Positions 60,480-64,000 of a stretch of 64,000 nucleotides of DNA are shown one piece after another. The translations under genes and the position numbers were made by a program. Source of the stretch: an uncultured Verrucomicrobiae bacterium. GTDB taxonomy: Bacteria > Verrucomicrobiota > Verrucomicrobiia > Limisphaerales > Palsa-1400. Within the stretch, counting starts at the first letter, position 1. Every line of letters begins with the position of its first letter. The DNA lies in assembly GCA_963707025.1 (NCBI GenBank), contig CAVPOM010000016.1, positions 32,001-96,000 on the forward strand. The letters run 5' to 3'. The notes under the pieces were generated by a model. The model was not told the DNA's origin. It was given only the letters and a program-made list of their open reading frames with translations, and did not search any database.

Positions 60480-61568
60480 GTGATTGATTCTGATGGTTCT
60501 TTGGCGGGCTTTTTGCCCGTCTTGCAGGCGGCCCACCTCGTGGCGCTGGACACGGAGGCCGACAGCCTCCATGCCTACCCGGAAAAGCTGTGCCTGATTC
60601 AAATCAGTGTCGGGGAGGAGGACCGGTTGATTGATCCCCTGGCGCCGCTCGATCTGGCGCCGCTGTGGACGGAACTCAAACGACATCCCCTGATCTTGCA
60701 CGGGGCCGATTATGATCTGCGGCTGTTGCGCAAAAACCACGGGTTCGTGCCGGAACGGATTTTTGACACCATGCTGGCCAGCCGCTTGCTCGGCGACCGG
60801 GAGTTCGGGCTGGTTAATTTGCTGCAAAAGTATCTGGGGGTCAGTTTGGAGAAGGGCTCGCAGAAGGCCGATTGGGCCAAACGGCCGCTGACGCCGCGGA
60901 TGGAGGCCTATGCGCGCAACGACACGCATTTTTTGGCCAAATTGGCCGGTCTTTTGCAAGGGTTGCTGGCGGAGAAGGGCAGATTGGCCTGGGCGGAGGA
61001 ATCTTGTGCCCGGCTGATCGTGGAGTGCGCCATTCCGACCGAGCCGCAGCCGGACCTGGTCTGGCGGGTGAAGGGAAGCCACAAATTGTCCCGCGCGTCG
61101 CTGGCCGTCCTGCGGGAATTGTGGCAGTGGCGGGAGGAGGAGGCCACCGCGGCCAACAAGCCGCCTTTCTTTGTGCTCAGTCACGCGGCGCTGGTGGAAA
61201 TCGCGGCGGCGGCGGTGGAGCAACGGCCTTTCGCGCAGTTTCTGCCGCGCCATTTTTCCGAGCGCCGCCAGGAGGGGTTGGGCCGCGCCATCAAAGCCGG
61301 GCTGGCGCGCGCGCCCGGGGAGCATCCTGATTTTTTGCAGACCAAATCCCAACGGCATACCGAGGCGGAACGGCGCCGGTTCGCCGAATTGGAGGAGCGC
61401 CGCAATGTCCGGGCCGCCCAGTTGGAGGTGGACCCGACCTTGATCGCCAGCCGGGCCACCTTGCTGGCGCTGGCCCACAATTGGGAACGGGCCAGCGCCG
61501 GGTTGATGGCCTGGCAAAAGGAGATTCTGGCTGCTTTGGGCTTGCCTTTGCGGGCCGGGGGCAGATAG
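60480..61568 (+). CDS. rnd: Ribonuclease D
   Basis: ALDTEAD, LCLIQI, LHGADYD, FDT, DW.KRPL, YA.ND; HRDC region. Confidence 0.9.
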   Translation: MIDSDGSLAGFLPVLQAAHLVALDTEADSLHAYPEKLCLIQISVGEEDRLIDPLAPLDLAPLWTELKRHPLILHGADYDLRLLRKNHGFVPERIFDTMLASRLLGDREFGLVNLLQKYLGVSLEKGSQKADWAKRPLTPRMEAYARNDTHFLAKLAGLLQGLLAEKGRLAWAEESCARLIVECAIPTEPQPDLVWRVKGSHKLSRASLAVLRELWQWREEEATAANKPPFFVLSHAALVEIAAAAVEQRPFAQFLPRHFSERRQEGLGRAIKAGLARAPGEHPDFLQTKSQRHTEAERRRFAELEERRNVRAAQLEVDPTLIASRATLLALAHNWERASAGLMAWQKEILAALGLPLRAGGR

Positions 61569-61577
61569 AGTCGCACC

Positions 61578-63092
61578 ATGAACATTGATCTCAAGCGGAT
61601 GGAAATCTGGTTTTTGACCGGCAGCCAGCACCTTTACGGGCCGGCGGCTCTGAAGAAAGTGGCCGAAAATTCGCAGGAAGTGGTGGCGGCGCTGGATGGC
61701 TCGCCAGCCATTCCGGTGCGGATTGTCTTCAAGCCCGTGGTGAAAAGTCCGCCGGAGGCGACGGCCCTTTGCCAGGAGGCGGGGAACAACCCCAATTGCA
61801 TCGGGGTGATCAGTTGGTGCCATACCTTTTCCCCGTCCAAGATGTGGATCAACGGGCTCAAATTGCTGCGCAAACCCCTGCTTCACCTGCATACCCAGCA
61901 CAATCGCGACATTCCCTGGTCCACCATTGACATGGATTTCATGAATCTGAACCAGGCGGCGCACGGGGACCGCGAGCATGGATTCATCATGACGCGGATG
62001 AGAATCAACCGGAAGGTGCTGGTGGGCTCATGGCAGGACCCCAAAATCCAGGGGCAGATCGGCTCCTGGAGCCGGGTGGCGGCGGCCTGGCATGACTGGC
62101 AGGGGGCCAAGTTTTGCCGCTTCGGCGACAACATGCGCGAGGTGGCCGTCACGGAAGGCGACAAGGTTTCCGCGCACATCCAGTTCGGTTATTCGGTCAA
62201 TGGTTATGGGATGGGCGATCTGGTCAAATGCGTCAACGCCGCCAGCGACTCGGAGATCGAGCATCTGGTGCGCGATTACGAAGCCCGATACACCGTGGCC
62301 CCGTTGTTGCGCAAGAATGGCAAGATGCGGGCCTCCCTGCGGGAAGCGGCCAAGATTGAAGTAGGCCTGCGCGCCTTCCTCCAGGCGGGCGACTTCAAGG
62401 GGTTCACGGACACTTTTGAGGATTTGCACGGGCTGGTCCAATTGCCGGGCGTGGCCGTGCAGCGGCTCATGGCTGAGGGCTACGGCTTCGGGGCGGAAGG
62501 CGATTGGAAAACGGCGGCGCTGGTGCGGGCCATGAAGGTGATGGCGGCCGGACTCAAAGGGGGCACCTCGTTCATGGAGGATTACACCTATCACTTGCAG
62601 CCCAACAACATGAAGGTGCTGGGGGCGCACATGCTGGAGATTTGCCCCAGCATCGCCAAAGGCAAACCGTCCATTGAAGTCCATCCCCTGGGCATCGGCG
62701 GCAAGGCCGATCCGGTAAGGCTGGTTTTTGACACCCCGCCCGGGCCGGGGTTGAATGCGTCTCTGATAGATTTGGGCAACCGCTTTCGCCTGCTGGTCAA
62801 TGAAGTCGAGGTGGTCAATCCCGATCATCCCCTGCCCAAGCTGCCGGTGGCCCGCGCCGTCTGGCTGTGCAAGCCCGATTTGGCGACGGCGGCGGCGGCC
62901 TGGATTTACGCCGGCGGGGCGCATCACACCGGCTTCAGCCAGGGGCTGACCACGGAGATGCTGGAAGACTTCGCCGGCATGGCCGGTCTGGAAATAGTTA
63001 TAATTGACAGCAAGACCACCCTGCGGGAATTCCGCAAGGAACTGCGTTACAACGAGGTTTACTACGCGCTCAACCGGGGTTTTGCGGGGTAG
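61578..63092 (+). CDS. araA: L-arabinose isomerase
   Basis: [52 protein letters not shown]. Confidence 0.97.
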   Translation: MNIDLKRMEIWFLTGSQHLYGPAALKKVAENSQEVVAALDGSPAIPVRIVFKPVVKSPPEATALCQEAGNNPNCIGVISWCHTFSPSKMWINGLKLLRKPLLHLHTQHNRDIPWSTIDMDFMNLNQAAHGDREHGFIMTRMRINRKVLVGSWQDPKIQGQIGSWSRVAAAWHDWQGAKFCRFGDNMREVAVTEGDKVSAHIQFGYSVNGYGMGDLVKCVNAASDSEIEHLVRDYEARYTVAPLLRKNGKMRASLREAAKIEVGLRAFLQAGDFKGFTDTFEDLHGLVQLPGVAVQRLMAEGYGFGAEGDWKTAALVRAMKVMAAGLKGGTSFMEDYTYHLQPNNMKVLGAHMLEICPSIAKGKPSIEVHPLGIGGKADPVRLVFDTPPGPGLNASLIDLGNRFRLLVNEVEVVNPDHPLPKLPVARAVWLCKPDLATAAAAWIYAGGAHHTGFSQGLTTEMLEDFAGMAGLEIVIIDSKTTLREFRKELRYNEVYYALNRGFAG

Positions 63093-63247
63093 GGGGAAAC
63101 GGATAAAGTATAAAGGATAGAGGATAAATGAAGGGAGCGGCGGGCGCGCGGAAGATGGGTCCGCGAATTTCGCTAATTGGCGCGAATTGGTTTTGGCTTG
63201 TCACCTCTGCTCCCCGGTTTAATTCACCGGAACCTCTGCTAAACGCC

Positions 63248-63320
63248 TGTAGCGGCGGTCTATGACCGCCGCCATGCCGTTGCTTCCCCTGATTTGCGGC
63301 GGTCATAGACCGCCGCTGCA
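63248..63320. repeat. REP doublet (REPIN-like)
   Basis: GTAGCGGCGGTCTATGACCGCCG ... CGGCGGTCATAGACCGCCGCTGC inverted pair. Confidence 0.75.
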
Positions 63321-63545
63321 ATCGTGGAAGCCGTTTGCGGAGGTCTCTCACTCTTCTTGCGCACTGTAGCGACGGCGGACGCGCCCATTCGATTATGTCG
63401 CGGTTGCGTTCATTTGTCATTTGTCATTTTGCCGCTGCCATCGCGTAACCCCGGCCCGCCTGTTTTCGTCCAACAGCATCATGGACGCAATCCCCCACAA
63501 AAGACAGACAGGCGCGCTTTTGCGGGCTAGACTGGGCTTGACTCA

Positions 63546-64000
63546 ATGATGACCGAGGCCGCTGAAGATTGCGCCGCCGCCGGCGATTTGGACTTGCTCC
63601 AGCCCGGACTGCTGCACGAGTTGTTCGAGCGCCAGGCCGACGCCCGCCCGGAGGCGACCGCGCTGCTCTGCGCCGGCGCGCGGATGAGTTACGGCGAATT
63701 GGAAGGCCGCTCCAATCAACTCGCCCGCCTGCTCCGGCAACGGGGCGTGCGGCGGGGCGATTGCGTCGGATTATGGCTGCCGCGCGGCATGGATGTCCTG
63801 GTGGCGCTGCTGGGCATTATGAAAGCCGGCGCGGCCTATGTGCCGTTGGACCCGGAGTATCCGGCGGAACGGCTCGCGTTTGTGCTGGCGGATTGCCGGG
63901 CGCGCGCCGTGGTCACCAGCAGCGGGTTGGCGGCGCGGGCGGGCGGATGGAACGCCGGCGTCATCGTGCTCGCCTTGGAGGAATGCGCCGCGGAGCTGGC
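63546..64000 (+). CDS. NRPS-type amino-acid adenylation domain protein (runs off the window end)
   Basis: Manual translation: LHELFERQA...SYGELE.RSNQLAR (A1)...LGIMKAGAAYVPLDPEYP.ER (A2). Confidence 0.88.
   Translation, partial: MMTEAAEDCAAAGDLDLLQPGLLHELFERQADARPEATALLCAGARMSYGELEGRSNQLARLLRQRGVRRGDCVGLWLPRGMDVLVALLGIMKAGAAYVPLDPEYPAERLAFVLADCRARAVVTSSGLAARAGGWNAGVIVLALEECAAEL

Overview
GC-rich bacterial chromosome segment whose gene content (DUF5069, DUF151, Kdo-hydroxylase-like, ECF-Ser/Thr kinase, L35/L20 style) suggests a Verrucomicrobiota/PVC organism (inference). Housekeeping genes include rpsT, rpmI-rplT-pheS, pdxH, panC, fabI, thiC with a TPP riboswitch, holA, cydAB, lepB, rnd and araA. 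They are interleaved with several toxin-antitoxin modules and many REP/MITE/short tandem repeats. The 27.4-51.7 kb interval is a mobile-element hotspot with two IS4 and two IS3 copies, and an IS630 lies at 17.7-18.7 kb; every one of these IS copies interrupts or truncates a gene. The main finding is two cargo-carrying IS1-family transposons, both with GGT-starting terminal inverted repeats and 8-bp target duplications. Element B (42283-47841) carries a Schlafen/AlbA_2-HATPase-wHTH gene, an unannotated 53-aa basic protein, a structured leader, a single-ORF IS1 transposase, a Dcd-fold protein that lacks the catalytic Glu and (once an IS3 is removed) ends in a transmembrane helix, and a small wHTH-like protein. 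Element A (31028-35146) has lost its transposase and carries different cargo. Together they look like a family of single-IS vehicles for candidate anti-phage genes. All family assignments are by motif recognition only; no database searches were run.
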